From the human T2T-CHM13v2.0 reference genome, Homo sapiens, in assembly GCF_009914755.1 (NCBI RefSeq), contig NC_060925.1: a DNA stretch of 64,000 nucleotides; one strand, given 5' to 3'. This document shows, piece after piece, positions 1 to 14,784 of this stretch. Position 1 is the stretch's first letter. Every line of letters begins with the position of its first letter. The position numbers and the translations under genes were made by a program. Under the pieces are notes generated by a model, which worked only from the letters and a program-made list of their open reading frames with translations, did not search any database and was not told the DNA's origin.

Positions 1-348
<348 letters not shown>

Positions 349-1698
349 CTAGAGAAGGCAGCAATGTCTGAGTAAGTCTGCACTGGGAGAACGTGGACAC
401 GGGCATTAATGAATGTTTACGGAACACATACTACGTGCTCAGAAGTGTGTTACAGAGGACAGCGCTGAAAACCTAGTAATAGGTGAGGTAATTCTAACAC
501 TCCGGGAGGTGGGTACTAAGTGTTCCATAATCCCCAGGGTTTACATGAAGGGCCCAGCTTTTCTTTTTCTGTTTCTCCATCACTGAGTTTTAGAAAGAAA
601 ATATATAGAATGAAAGCTAAATACAGACAGATGGGAGAGATACAGAAAGAAGGGGTTAAATGTAGTTGAGAGGGATTTTTCGTTGTTGTCGTGTTTGTAT
701 TTACTTTCTGGTAACTCATGGAGGAACTACTGCATCTGCAGGAATGAAGAACACCTGGGTCTGCAGGATGAACAGCAGGCTGCTGGGTGGGATGTCTCTG
801 GCAGCACTGGTTTCAATGAAAAACAAAGGGCCACAATTACACAGTGCTTTGTTCTCATTTACCTGCTTTTGGGTTTGGGAAAATTGTCAGCACCTGCTCT
901 GGAGAGATCACAGGAACCACCACGCAACAACTCTGATGTCCTCTAATGAATTCTGCGACGGAGATTTCAGGGTGGGATAAGGCCTGGGAAGCAGGCTGAT
1001 CTGGCAGAGCTGGGCCACGAAGCAGACCCTCAGCTTCTCACCTTTAGGCCTCTGGGTACTACCGGTTCTCTTTGTCCTAGGCCTGCCCAACAGACGCTTG
1101 ACTCCCAGAGTTTGTGTAATTTTAACCAATTTTAGCTACTTCCTCGTCTATTTTATAAGATCCAGTCACGAGCAATTTAACCAACACCCTTAGAGCTTTC
1201 TAGGACAAATATATTAGAAACTAAATATTTATTCTTGGCAAGGAAAATGCACTAGAAATAAAGATAATAACAACTCTTTTGTCCATAAATAGCCCTTCAG
1301 GTGGCAACACCAGAACTCACAAAAGAACAAGAAAAGAGAAGTGGCCCCAATGAAGCCACAATCCTCTGTATACCTCCCTTCTTTGTGCTGACCACAGGAT
1401 GCCGAATTCAACCGTTTATCCACTGGCTCTAGACTGAAAGTTCCTGGTTGGTAAGGACCCAAGACTGTGCCATCTGTTTTTGTAATGGCCATATGAAATG
1501 GAAGCAACTGGTTTATCAGTTTGAGTCTCGAGATCTCCTCCTTGTTTTTTACCCAATACCAGGAAACGGGAGCCAGTCCCATCTGGATATCAATCAAAGA
1601 GATTCCTTTTGTGAGGGGGAAAGAAGAAACATGCATGACTCATTTCTCTTCCTCTGAGATGGAAGCAGCTTTGTTTATTTGTTTATTTTTAAAGGAAA

Positions 1699-1792
1699 AA
1701 AGCCTACAGCATCCAGTATTCCCAGGACTGACCCTGCTTAGCTTCCGAGATGAGATGAGATAGCGCATGTTCGGAGTGGTATGGCCATAGAC
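1699..1792 (-). pseudogene. RNA5SP82: Retroposed 5S rRNA pseudogene with 27-nt internal deletion
   Basis: Reverse complement reads GTCTATGGCCATACCACTCCGAACATGCGC...CGGAAGCTAAGCAGGGTC...CCTGGGAATACTGGATGCTGTAGGCTTT, matching 5S rRNA. Poly(A) at 1670-1690 and TSD TGGAAGCAG(C/A)TTT at 1660-1672 and 1793-1805. The symbol is from recall of locus position and is less certain than the call. Confidence 0.9.
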
Positions 1793-1806
1793 TGGAAGCA
1801 GATTTA

Positions 1807-2303
<497 letters not shown>

Positions 2304-2487
2304 TTAATCCAGAGGAGATATCACCTGTCCCTAATTAGCTAAATCTTGAGTAAGAGAAAGGACAACAGTGCTTCCATATCACACTTTACAGGTGGGTGTG
2401 ACCGTGACCACAGCTCTGCCTATTTTGTGGCCCTAACCTCACCCTGCTGAGGTTCTTGTTTACATTTACAGACTCTGTCACCAGGCT

Positions 2488-2742
<255 letters not shown>

Positions 2743-2852
2743 CACCAGGGTCTTTTTATACCAGGAGCTTCTCACACAACTGTAACAGGTCACTGGACCT
2801 GGAAAACTCAAAGGGTGCCACTCTGAAACTGGGGCTTTAAGATGTCTATGTC

Positions 2853-3145
2853 GGCCAGGCACAGCGGCTCATGCCTGTAATCCCAGCATTTGGGAGGCCA
2901 AGGCAAGAGGACAGCATGAAGCCAGGAGTTCGAGACCATCCAGGGCAACATAAGTGAGATCTCACCCCTACACAAAATAAAAAATAAAATTTGCAATGTG
3001 GTGTGGTGTGTCCCTTTAGTTCTCGCTGTTGAGGAAGGAGGATCACTTGAGCCCAGGAGTCTGAGGCTGCAGTAAGCTATGAATGTGCCACTGCACTCCA
3101 GCCTGAGTGAAAAGAATGAAACCGTGTCTCAAAAAATAAAATAAT
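2853..3145 (+). mobile_element. Alu (AluJ-like, diverged)
   Basis: Diverged Alu with GAGCCCAGGAG AluJ-type motif. Confidence 0.9.
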
Positions 3146-3964
3146 TAAAAGCTTTAAGAAAGGGGAGAAGAGCAAAATTTATTCCCCTACTTTCTGGTGG
3201 AGGAATTAAGCCTCTTATTTCTAGCTGCTGTCAGTATAAAGAGCTTCTTTCATGCTTGGGGTGTACGGACACCTGCAGGGGGGTGCTCCCCAGGAAGAAC
3301 TAACCGGGCCTTCAATGACCTTCCACAGCCAAGTCAAGGGCCATCGTCTTGGACTCATGGATATCTGAATTCCAGTAGGTCTGGATTCAGGCACTTGAGG
3401 GGTAGCCTGGGACAAACTGTGTATCAAAGAGGGTTTGTGGGAAAGAAAAAACAGAAAAGTGCTGTCAAGTACCCATGTTAAGTACTCAGTGCAGGGTTAG
3501 TGAAGAAGTGGTCTGTGCCTACAGATACTGGCCCAAGTGGGGCTATGCTCCGGCTCATTCCTGTGTCCATGCAGGCAGATGAGATGACGGTCATATCGTG
3601 GAGGGGCCAGGTTGCTGGGGGTGGGGATAGGCCAGGAGTCTTCCAGGCACCTGTGTGGGTTTTCCATGGGAAACTCTAGAAGCAAAGGTGCTGTGATGGG
3701 ATTCCTGAGGGTGAAGCCTTGTTCTGGGAGGGACATGGCCACGTCAGTGCCTAGTGGGTATGTTTACAAGTGGGTGAAAATCACGTAGTGGCAGCAGACT
3801 AAAGACGGGGTCTGTCCTCAGAACTCTTTGCTTCTAAGTCCTCAGTCCTGTCTGATCCTGAGAAGAGAGCTGGAATCCCAGGAGAATGTGCAGTGTGTGT
3901 GCAGGAGAATAGACCCTCCCAATCCTGCGACACCCCGAGGTGCCTCCAGCCCAGACCACTGTGA

Positions 3965-4256
<292 letters not shown>

Positions 4257-4269
4257 CTGTGATGTCTTT

Positions 4270-4640
4270 TTTTTCTGACACCAAATGTGTGGAGTTTGCT
4301 GAACACCAACCAATTCTCCAACACCAACAGGGTGCTGGAGCAACTCAGTTCTGACACCACCCAAAAAAAAGTTGGTACAGGACCCACAGGTTCAGGACTC
4401 AGTCCCACAACACTGCCCCCAAGGCAGGGGCCAGTCACACGTCCCCGGGGGCCCAGCAATACTTCTGGGCTACTGCCTATAGATCAGAAACTCCCATCAC
4501 CCACTCCTCAAGTTCAATAATTTGATACAGCTATTCGCAGAACTCAGCAAAGCACTGTACTTATGTTTACCAGTTTATTGTAAAAGATACAACTCAGGAA
4601 CAGTCAAATGGAAGAGCTGAATATGGCAATGGAAAGTGGT
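4270..4640. mobile_element. Old LTR fragment (MER21-like)
   Basis: TGACACCAAATGTGTGG...CACCAACCAATTCTCC...GACCCACAGGTT..CTCAGTCCCACAA resembles MER21 family; subfamily from memory. Confidence 0.55.
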
Positions 4641-4666
4641 GGGGGAAGATGGAGCAGGTAAATAGC

Positions 4667-5190
4667 TGTGATTAATGAAATCCTTCAGCTCTGTGTTCTC
4701 CAAGAACAGCTTAATAAAAAGCAACACCCCTCTAACTTAGATGAAGCTCCTTCTTATACCTATCACAAAGCCAGGCACAGACTCTCAAATTCCCATTTTC
4801 CCCCTATAAACAGTCAGCTGAATAATTTTGTCTTCAGTTGTTAGAACAAAATACTTATTAACAAAACTGCTTAAGATTCTCTCCTTCTCCTAGGCCCATG
4901 AATTTGTCCCACCCTTTGCTTGAGCTAACATACAACTCCTATTTATGCCCCTCCTAAGAACAGGCTGATTTGGGAGTCAAACTTTCTCTAATCTAGGATC
5001 TGATTTGCCACCCTGCATCTTGTCCTCTCACTCTCACCTTTCTACTCTGGTTTGTTCCTCCAAACGAAAGAAAGCCCTTGTCTGCCTAAACTTTGAGATC
5101 CTGGAAGATATAGTTGGTGCTTTCCCTCTGTTGTAATACTCCTTTGAAGTAAGTAACTTCTTATCTAAATGTGAATTTGTTTTATTTGAC
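4667..5190 (+). mobile_element. Old ERV1/MER4-group solo LTR, diverged
   Basis: TG...TTTGACA termini and an LTR-like 3' end; family uncertain. Confidence 0.35.
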
Positions 5191-7093
5191 AAAGTCTAGA
5201 AACAGCCCCAGAACAATAACAATTCCATCCTCAGAAAGAGCCTCCAGACTCCGACCCCAACAGCATCTGCCTGTGGATCCCAGCTCTCTAGGGCTCTATA
5301 GCTCCTCTCAGTATAAAGTGCTCCTTTCATGTTGGGGTGTGCAGGCTGGGACACCTGCAGGGGAGGCTCCCCAGTAAGAACTAACCGGGTCTTCAATGAC
5401 CTTGTTTTGCAGGCTCAAGATTGGCCTTGGCTTAGAGTCACTGGGCTCCGACTTCTATTTCCCAGTCAGGGTTATTCACTTAGTTGTAAATGAGAAAATG
5501 CTCAGTGTTTGAAGAATCCAGCAAAATCACTCAAACACAGTGTTTATTTAAGAGAATAAAATTATAAGGCACTTACATTGTATACCTCAATAGAAAAAGC
5601 AAAACTCTCTATCAGTTTCAGACAATAAACATGTCACATTATTTCCGTAATTCAAATCATTCAGTAAACAATCACATATGAACATATCTAGGAGATGCCA
5701 AGTCCCATCTTGTAAAATTCAGTATTAAACTCAGACATCTAGATAATAGAGATATCAACTCCACAAGTCCTCTACCCTGCAAAAAAGAGGAACTAATATT
5801 TTGATGAAGCAATGTAATTCACCAATTAATCTACTACTTTTTTTGTGGAAATGTATTCATTTCCTATAGCCATACTGGAAGAGGATTTTCCCTATTACTT
5901 TCCCTGGTAGCATTCCCACAGCTACGCCCTGGGATTCTGTTTAAAATCACCCCTAAAAAGGAACAGGCCTGACAAACTTACTATACTCTAGGGAAGAAAA
6001 AGGTAAATCAGAATTTTTAACAAGTGAATATTTGACTATATATGTAATGTCTTTTCTGAAATCCACCTCTTAAACATTTTCTTACCTTTGAAACTCTACT
6101 GTTAAAATGCAATTGACAGTTAATAAAAAACTAAGGTTGAATTAAGTGAAAAAAATGTTTCAAGGTGTAAAACCCAGGAAGTGGCAATGCTGATTGGAAC
6201 ACAGACAAATCTGACTCAAGTGCCAAGTCAGGCCGTCCTATCACTTGGGACCTTCCTCTGTTTCCATACTGCTCACTGACCACCTTCCCGCCTTGCCCAG
6301 GAGCCACCACACTGTGCCCCACTGGGTGCCCCAAGTGGCTTGACTTTGCAGATTCTCGCGCCCCCTCACTGCAGTGGGTCTTCCTTGTCCTTTGGAACAG
6401 TTTTTCCCCCTTCACAAGTCTGAGAGAATCCAGATGTCAGAAATCATTTCTGTTTTTTCTTCTCAATATCAGCATCCAACTGGCTGACCAGCAATGTGTC
6501 CCCAAGGAACAGACGCTGGAGTTGGGTGAAGACAATCTGCATGTCCTAAGGGGTTAGCTTTGTAAATGAAGGGTAGGACCAGCTTCCTCTCAGCCCCAGG
6601 GCATCCATCTGCTCCCTTAAGAGGCTCCACCTCCATCACTGAGGCTGTCCTCTGGGAGGAAAGGAACAACGTGCTAATGTTCACTAAACATGCCTTGAGA
6701 TGGGTCACCCCCAGACAATTATGAAACCCAGGCACAGAAAAAGACTGGAGGGTGGCTGAGGACACATGACCTTGTAAAATTTCCAAAGCAGAACCTCAAA
6801 CCAAAGACATTCCGATAAGGTGTCTGTGCCTGGGGAAGATAAAAGAAGAGACACAAAGATTTTTTTTAAAGCAGTGTGTCAGGTGATTCTTCTCTGCTCA
6901 CATAAAATGTTTACAAACAGAAAACAGATGTCTAAAAAAAGTGCCATCCAATGCTCTGTGAAAAAATGATGAAAACACTGTGTGTGAAATGTACAATAAA
7001 GGACACACAGGCTGGGGGGACAGGATGGTGGATGTGAGACCGTGCTTGCCACACATTTGGAAACGCAGTGGAAAACCAGTCCCCCTCTGGAGT

Positions 7094-7445
7094 GTTTAAA
7101 ATAATTAACTAGCAATCAATTAGACTGAAGTAGCACTAGGACCATCGGTTCCTAAGGAAAAAAATCTAACTGAAATACATGTCTTGTAAATTACTACCTT
7201 AGGAAGAAACGATTTTCAGCCTGAACCAACCACAAACCTCCAATTAACCTCTCATTAAATAACCAGGAAATTTCCACCTGGACAGTCCACATAAGGCGAC
7301 TCCACAACTGTAACTGTAACCAAGTTCTGAATTTGGTTCGCTTCCTTATGCCCCTTACAAAAGCCTTTGCTCCAAGCACCCACAAACCATGACTGGGCGC
7401 TCTGCATTGATGAACAGCTCTTTGCTCAAATAATCTCTTTAACGT
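7094..7445 (+). mobile_element. MER57-family LTR
   Basis: TGTTTAAAATAATTAA...ATTAGACTGA...AACCAGGAAATTTCCACCTGGA...AACTGTAACCAA...GCTCAAATAA. Confidence 0.55.
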
Positions 7446-7479
7446 TTAAACCTTGATTCCCTTTTCATTTTTACCAGGA

Positions 7480-8200
7480 GAAAGGAGGGCCTGGGACCCC
7501 ACAGCCCACAGCTCCTCCCACGCAGTGGCTCCTCCTGGGTCGGGGCTCTCCCCCAGGCCCCTGCCGTCGCCACCGCACAGCTGCCAGCGAGGGGACGCGC
7601 CGGGCGGAAGTCGAGCGCAGAAGCGGACCGGACGCCGGGTGAGGCTGGCGGCCCAGCCCACATCCTGAGGCCAGGGGAAGCTGAGGGCCGGGCGGGTCCA
7701 GCGGGGTCTCGGGTCTGCAGACTCCGGAGGCAGCTGTGGGGAGGCCTGGGGCCGCCACAGCCAGTTCCAGCCCGTTTCCATCAGCCCCCTGCCCACCTCG
7801 GGACCCCGCCCACATACTCACCATTTCCCAGCTTCCCGGGTGTCCAGGCTGCTTAGCTATGGATCTCCTGATACCTGCAGGTCAGAGGGCAAGAGGCTGT
7901 GGCGGCCACCTGAGCTTCCCCGAGCAAAGCACGCCGAGCACAGAAGACGACCCAGCTGAGGCTGGCAGGAGAGACGAAGGCCCCGCCAGATCCCGGAAGC
8001 CGCGCCCTTCTGTCCGGCTGCACGCCCGATTGGACGGTTCCTACGTCAGCGCCCCTGATTGGATAGGGCTCCAGGCCCCGCCCCCTCAGTCCCTGAGTGA
8101 CGGAGGATGTGATCGGACGCTGGGCTGAGGGCGACAAAGTGACAGGTTCTTGGCTGCAGCCTTTTCATGCAGGGCTTCCTGCTTGCGCTGGGCCTGGCCC
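7480..8200 (-). promoter_or_regulatory. CpG-island promoter of a KRAB-ZNF (pseudo)gene
   Basis: High GC/CpG content. ETS site CCGGAAG (~7993), two ATTGG/CCAAT boxes (8029-8033, 8058-8062), CRE-like TACGTCA (8042-8048) and GC box GGCCCCGCCCC (8074-8084), a layout typical of KRAB-ZNF cluster promoters. Confidence 0.85.
7822..7990 (-). pseudogene. ZNF731P: Exon 1 of ZNF124-like KRAB zinc-finger pseudogene (rest of gene lies left of the window)
   Basis: Minus strand reads GCTAAG CAG CCT GGA CAC CCG GGA AGC TGG GAA ATG|GTGAGTA (QPGHPGSWEM + donor at 7821), compared with the ZNF124 N-terminus MSGHPGSWEM. Symbol inferred from recalled position relative to VN1R5; TSS approximate. Confidence 0.7.
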
Positions 8201-8394
8201 AGCCCAGGGGGCATTTTCATTTAACCTTTTGTATAAGGTTATATCCATTTATAAATAATATATATATGTTATTCACAAATGAAAACAATATAATGGCAAT
8301 GATTTTAACATTTCAGATTTTATGACCTTTCTGGCCTCTGGTAGTTTGATCAGGCAGCCTGAAATTTCAAAAAGGGAGGCAATCCTTTAAGAAA

Positions 8395-8685
8395 TAAAAT
8401 GTAAGCCACGTGTGAATTTTAAATTTCCTAGTAGCCACCTTTTAAACATTAAAAGTAACAGGTGAAACTGATTGTAATAATTTATTTAACCCAATATATT
8501 CAAAATATTATCATTTCAATGTATGATCAATATCTCAATATTCATCAATATATTAATGAACTATATAATTTTCGGTAGTCAATCTGTGAAACTCACTCTG
8601 TATTTCACCTTCCCAGCACGTCTCTGTTCAGCCACATTCCAGGCCCTCAGTACTCACACATGGCCAGTGGCTGTCACACTGCCGT
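8395..8685 (+). mobile_element. MER33 (hAT-Charlie DNA transposon)
   Basis: AATTTTAAATTT..TAGTAGCCAC...TTTAACCCAATATAT..AAAATATTATCATTTCAA...GCCACATT...CACATGGCCAGTGGCT. Confidence 0.75.
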
Positions 8686-9259
8686 GCAGCTCTGAGGGAG
8701 GTGAACGGTCTGAACCCTCATTTCCTTCCAGCAGTGAAAGATCGGTCCTCCTTATCAACGTCTCTCCCCAGGCCAAAGGCTGAAGGGACAGGGCCCTAGA
8801 GAGAGCAAGGGCTGCAAAAAGAGAGTGTCCACAGGTAGACCATTGCTGCCCCGCCTGCTGTCCATCTTCCTCCCAAAAATCAGACAGTCAAAAAAAGAAC
8901 AATGGAGCCCCCAGGAGGACCTAATCCCCAGTCTTCAGGTCTTCCACAGCTTTGACTTCCAAAGTTTAGATATACAGAAAATAGATTAAACAAACTTCTG
9001 ATATTGGTATTTGGCCTTGGCGCTAATAAACAGGCTATTGGTTGTCTTTTTCCTCCTATGGTGTGGGAGACTGGGTGAGTTTATGCACCAATCACGTGTA
9101 CACATCTACATGTATCTCTACATAACTCACCACCGTCTAACAAGAGATCCAAATTTAAATAAAGGGAAAAGAAAATCAATACCTATAGGGTGCCTACTGT
9201 TTGCAGGTAACTAGTAATCAGTCTCTCATTGAATTCTGACATCCTGTCTGTAATGGGTG

Positions 9260-9730
9260 TGTGTGTTAGTTAGTTAGTGATGCATAACAAACCACCGAAA
9301 CTTACTAGCTCATGATTCGGCTGGTCAGCAATTTAAGCTAAACTCAGCTGGGCAATTCTTTTGGTCTCAGCTGGGATCCTTCAGACATGTGTGGGCAGAT
9401 GCTGATTGCAGCTGTTTCTAGGGGTGAGTTGCCTGTCAACTGGGGCACCTTCGTTCTTCTCCGTGTGGTATCTCGTTCCCCAGCAAGTTAATGTGTGCTT
9501 ATTATCATAGAGATAACAGGATTCTGAAAGAAAAACAAAAGCACTCAAGTTTTGAACCTAGGTCCCAGACTAGCACACTGTTATATGTTCAGTTTTCTGT
9601 TGACCAGAGCAAATAAGACTCTAAACATTTTGAAATACAGATTTTGCCTCTTGAAGGGAGCAGCTATAAAAGCACTTTGCAAAGGACATGTATACAGGGA
9701 GGAATGAAGAATATTTGCAATCAGTATCAT
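9260..9730 (-). mobile_element. MLT1 (MaLR) LTR, diverged
   Basis: GCATAACAAACCAC..AAAACTTA...CTCATGATTC..CTGGTCAGCAATTT...CTCAGCTGGGC pattern of reverse MLT1. Confidence 0.6.
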
Positions 9731-10409
9731 TATGCCTTTTCTTGCAGATGAGGTTTATATAAGTGTTCCTAGTCAAGAAACTTCCAAAACCCCACAGCTA
9801 CTAAGCAGCTGGATTGGGATACAGAATCAACTGTAACTCCAAAGCCTGTGTACCTCCATAGACCATACTACTCATGCAACTGCCCTGGGTCTTCAAGGTT
9901 CTGGAGAGTTATACTTCTGCTGTTGAAGCAGAATTCTTTTGATATTTGTGCCCATATGGTACTGTTTATCATTGGCATAACATCCCTCAAGAAACTGCAG
10001 AAGCATGTTGGAAGGATATGGAATATTTAGGAAAATAGCTGAGGAATGAGTTTAGGAAATCAAAGCCAAACAACACATTATTTATTTTTCATCATAGGAG
10101 ACTTTGAAAACATAAAATGTATTCCATATATCTGCAAATTCTTTTCATCATTTTTGGGTATTTTTAGGCTGCTTATGATTTTAACACAGACTAAAACTGC
10201 TGTGCCTGAAATAGCCTCTTATTCTGAAAGCAAGTGACATAAAGATAGGTCTGCTGATAAGACATTTTCTCCTGCTGCAATTTAGCAAAATATCTGAGTA
10301 TGTCTTAAAGTTTTCCTTAGATTTTTAACAGGGCCAATTTATAGGCAGTAGCTCAGAAGTGTAGATGGTCCCACAGGGCTTGTGACTGGCATCTGGGTTG
10401 TTCAGACTT

Positions 10410-13400
10410 CTTTATATATTTTCACTAACAGTTCTTTATCAGCTATGTCTTTTGCAATTATTTCGTTTCATTCAGCAGCTTGTCTTTTCATTGTCTTAAC
10501 AGTATCTTTTGCAAAACAAGATTAAAGTCCAATTCATCAATTTTGTCATTTATGACTCATGCTTTTGGTGTTGCATCTGAAACCTTGTTGTCAAACCCAA
10601 GGTGTCCTAGTTTCTGTTGTCTTATCTCCTAGAAGTTTCAGATTTTACATTTCACATTTAAGTTTTTGATTCATTTTGAACTACCTTTGTGAAAATTGCA
10701 AGGTCTTTGTCTCATTTATTTCTTTGCATATAGATGTGTAGGTGTCAAGCAATATTTCTTGAAAAAAACCATTTTCATGAAATTTCCTTTACTCCTTTGT
10801 CAAAGAATAGTTGACTGTATTTTGTGGGTTTATTTCTGAATTTTCTATTCTGTTCTATTGACCTATTTGTCTATTCTTTTCCAAATACTACACTGTCTTA
10901 ATTACTATAACTTTATAATGAATCTTAAAATCATGTAGTGTGAGTACTGGAAATTTACTCTTCATTGTTCTGTCAACCATTCTGGGTCATTTGTCTTTCC
11001 ATATAATTTTTAGGGTCAATTTATCATTATTGACTACATAACTTTTAAAGAGTTTTATTGGGATCGTTTGAATCTATAATTCAAATTGGGGCAAACCAAC
11101 ATCTTAACAATATTGAGGCTTCTTTTCCATGACATAGAACATCTCTCCATTTATTTAAATCTCCTTTGATTTTTTCATTAGAAACTTGTAGTTTTTGTCA
11201 TGAAGATCTTTGTCATATATATATATATGACATATATATGACAAATATATATATAATATATATTTGTCTCTCTGTTTTTCTTGGTGCTATAAAAGTGGTG
11301 TTGTGTTTGTAATTTCAAATCCAATTGTTCTTTATTAATATACAGAAAATGGTTGACTTTTGTATATTAACCTCTTATTCTACAACCTTTGTATCATCTT
11401 TTACTAATTCCAGCAGCTCTTTCTTCATTATTTGGAATCGTCTACATAGACAATCATATCATCTGAAAGCAAGGACAGTTTAATTTCTTTCTCCTTAATT
11501 TCAATATATTTCCCCTTTTTTGCCTTATGGTTTTTCTACAATTATTAATATAATAATTTTTGTTGTTTAGTTTTCTGATGTGATGGTTTACATTACTTGA
11601 CTTTTGAATTTTGAATCACCCTTTTCCACCTGTGATAATTCCCATGTGGGTTGTGCTGTATAATTTTTTAATACATCTTTAGATTCACTTTGCTTGTATT
11701 TGTTGAGAATTTTTGCATCTATGATCATGAGACTTCTTTGTCTATAGTTTTCTTTTTTTGTAATGTACCCATGTAGTTTGGTAGTAGGGTAATGTTGACC
11801 TTATAGAGTGGCTTTAGAAAGTATTTACCCTACTCTCATTTTTTGGAAGAGATTGTGGCTTATTGGTGTCAATTTTTCTGTTTTCTTTTTTTACTGTTTG
11901 GCACAATTCACCAGTGAGACCATCTAGACCTTTTTTTCTTATGTAAGTAATTATTAGTTATTGATTCAATTTCTTTAATACATATAGACCTAGTCATATT
12001 GTTTATCTCTCCATGTGTGACTTTTGGGAGATTGCATCTTTCAAAGAACTGGTTTTTTTCAACTAAGTTATCAACTTTCTGGTTATGAAACTGGCCTTTT
12101 GATGTCCATGAGATTAGTAGTGATGGCCCCTCTTTTATTTCTAATTAGTCATTTCTATGCTTTTTCTATTTTTCTAGCCTCACTATAGGCTTATTAATTT
12201 TATCAATGTTCACGAAAAACCAGCATTTTGTATGTTGATTTTCTCCATTGATTTCCTGTTTGCATCTTCATTGATGTCTTCTCCCATTGTTATTTTCTGT
12301 GCTTGATTTAGATTTACTTTCTTTCTCTAGTTTCCTAATGTAGGAGGTTACATTATAGATTTTAGATCTTTCGTCCTTTCAAGCACATGCATTCAGTGCA
12401 CTAAATTTCCCCCTATGCACTGCTTGTGCTGCATTCCACAAATTTTCATATGATATACTTTTATTTCCTTCAAAATATTTAAATTTCTCTAGAGACTTTT
12501 CTTTGACTCTTATGTTATTTAGAACTTTGTTGTTTTGTTTACAATTATTTGAAGGCTTTACAACTGTTTCTGTTACTGCTTTCTAGTTTAATTTTAATAT
12601 GTTTTCTGGGCATACTTTATATGTTAACTAGTCTTTTACATTTGTTAAGATATGTTTTATGGCTCAGAGTGTGGTCTATTTTGGTGAATATTCTTTGATT
12701 TTCTATGAGAATGTGTACTTGGCTGCTGTTGGTTAAAATATTCTGTAAACACTAATTAAATCCAGTTGATGGATGCTGTGGAGTTAAACTATATTATTAC
12801 TAATTTTCTGCCTTCTTGATCTGTCAATTACTGATAGAGGTGTGTTGGTGTCTGCCACTATCATTGTAAATATTTAATTTTTTAAAAGTTTTAAAAGTGT
12901 TTGCCTCATATATTTTGATCTTCTGTTTTAGGCATATACATATTAAAGATTTAATACATTGACTTAAAGTGTTTGTCTAGTAACTCTGTCTGGGGTTTTT
13001 CAGAGATGGTTTAGCTCAAATAATTTTTTTCATTCCTCAGCCATATTTTCTTGTTTCTTCATATGCTTTGTAATTTTAGTAGTTGAAGAGTGAACATTTA
13101 AATATTTTAATGGGATAACTCAGGAAATTATTCCCTCTGCTCTAGTATTTGCTATTCTTGTTTGCTGAAGAATGTAGTTGTCTACTTTTTAAAGTGACTT
13201 TTCCAAAATATTTTTGCAGGGACTGCATTACTTGTATATAGTCACTAAAGTCTGATCTTTTTTTTGCTTGTGTTCAGTAGTGTTTTGACACATATCTCCT
13301 TGAATGAGAAAAAAGAAGAAATAAAAGCCTTACCTCTTCTGGTTTGTGTAAATGGTTCTGTGATGGGTATTTCTTTAACACTTCAGCTGTTTAAAACTCT

Positions 13401-14455
13401 GCTTCAGCCTTCCCTTCCCACTGAACTAAGCCTAGAGATCAACCAGTGCTGAAAATGAGAGTCTTCTCTAGTCTTTTCTGAACATGTGTTTTTTCTCGGG
13501 CAGGCAAGGGGCTTTCTCAATTCTTCAGCACACAGAGAAATTGTAACATACAAATGCAATAATTTGCAAATAACATCTGTTTTGCTCCCTCTGAAACCAG
13601 ACTCTTTCACAGGGAACGCAAGCTGCTGCCTAAGACTGGCCCTGAGAAAGGGAGGGGTTTGGGCAAAGACAAGTAAAAACGCTACAAGACTTTTCTCCTA
13701 TTTTTCTTTGTTTTCTTTGAGTCTGCATTCACATGATCACTGTAAACCTTTGATGGTTTTCAAGAGTATTGACAAAGTTGTTGCTGATAGTTGTGCCTGT
13801 TTTTTTATGTTTCTGTGCAGTGACAGGTGTTTGGAGTAGCTCACTCTGCCATTTTGCTGATGTCACTCTCTCCGGACTTTCTATTGTATATCATTTATCT
13901 AAATGACTTTCCTTGTGCCTTTACTAACTACATTATCTTGTTTTTTGTTGATTTGATGCACATTTTGAAATTGTGAAGTTTGAGTCCCTCTGCTTTGCTC
14001 TTTTTCAAGATTGTTGGGATATTCTGAGTTTTTTGTAATTTCATATGTAAATTTCAGCATCAACTTTAAAATTTCACAAGGTAGTCACCTGGAATTCTGA
14101 TAGGGATTGTACTGAATCTGTAGCTATTTTGAAGAGTTATTGCTATCTTAATAATATTAAGCCTACTGATCTATAAATATGGGATTGTTTTCCATTAATT
14201 TACAGCTTTAGCTTCTTTCAACAAGGTATGTAGTTTTCCGAGTCTATGTTTTGTACTTCTTCTGTTAAATGTATTCCTAGGTATTTATTCTTTGGATGCT
14301 GTTATAAATGACTTTTTTTATTAATTTCATTTTTAGATATTTCTTTTCAAGTGTATAAAAGTGGAATTGATTTTTGTATCTTAATTTTGTAACTCCAATG
14401 TTGGTAAACACATTTTCATCTTAGTTGCTGTCAGGTTTAAAATTATGAGTGTTTC
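10410..14455 (-). mobile_element. Old L1M fragments (antisense)
   Basis: T-rich reverse L1 ORF2 remnants (TCTATTCTGTTCTATTGA, GAATCTATA, TGTGGTCTATTTTGGTGAAT). Confidence 0.75.
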
Positions 14456-14472
14456 TAAGAATTCCCCTGTGA

Positions 14473-14784
<312 letters not shown>

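Noticed and set aside
7439-8137. Overlapping 70-130 aa ORFs in the CpG island
   Set aside because: GC-rich, stop-poor sequence; 7471-7824 simply reads from the exon-1 ATG into the intron
11209-11265. TA-rich imperfect palindrome (TTTGTCATATATATATATATGACA)
   Set aside because: Ordinary microsatellite-derived hairpin within an old L1
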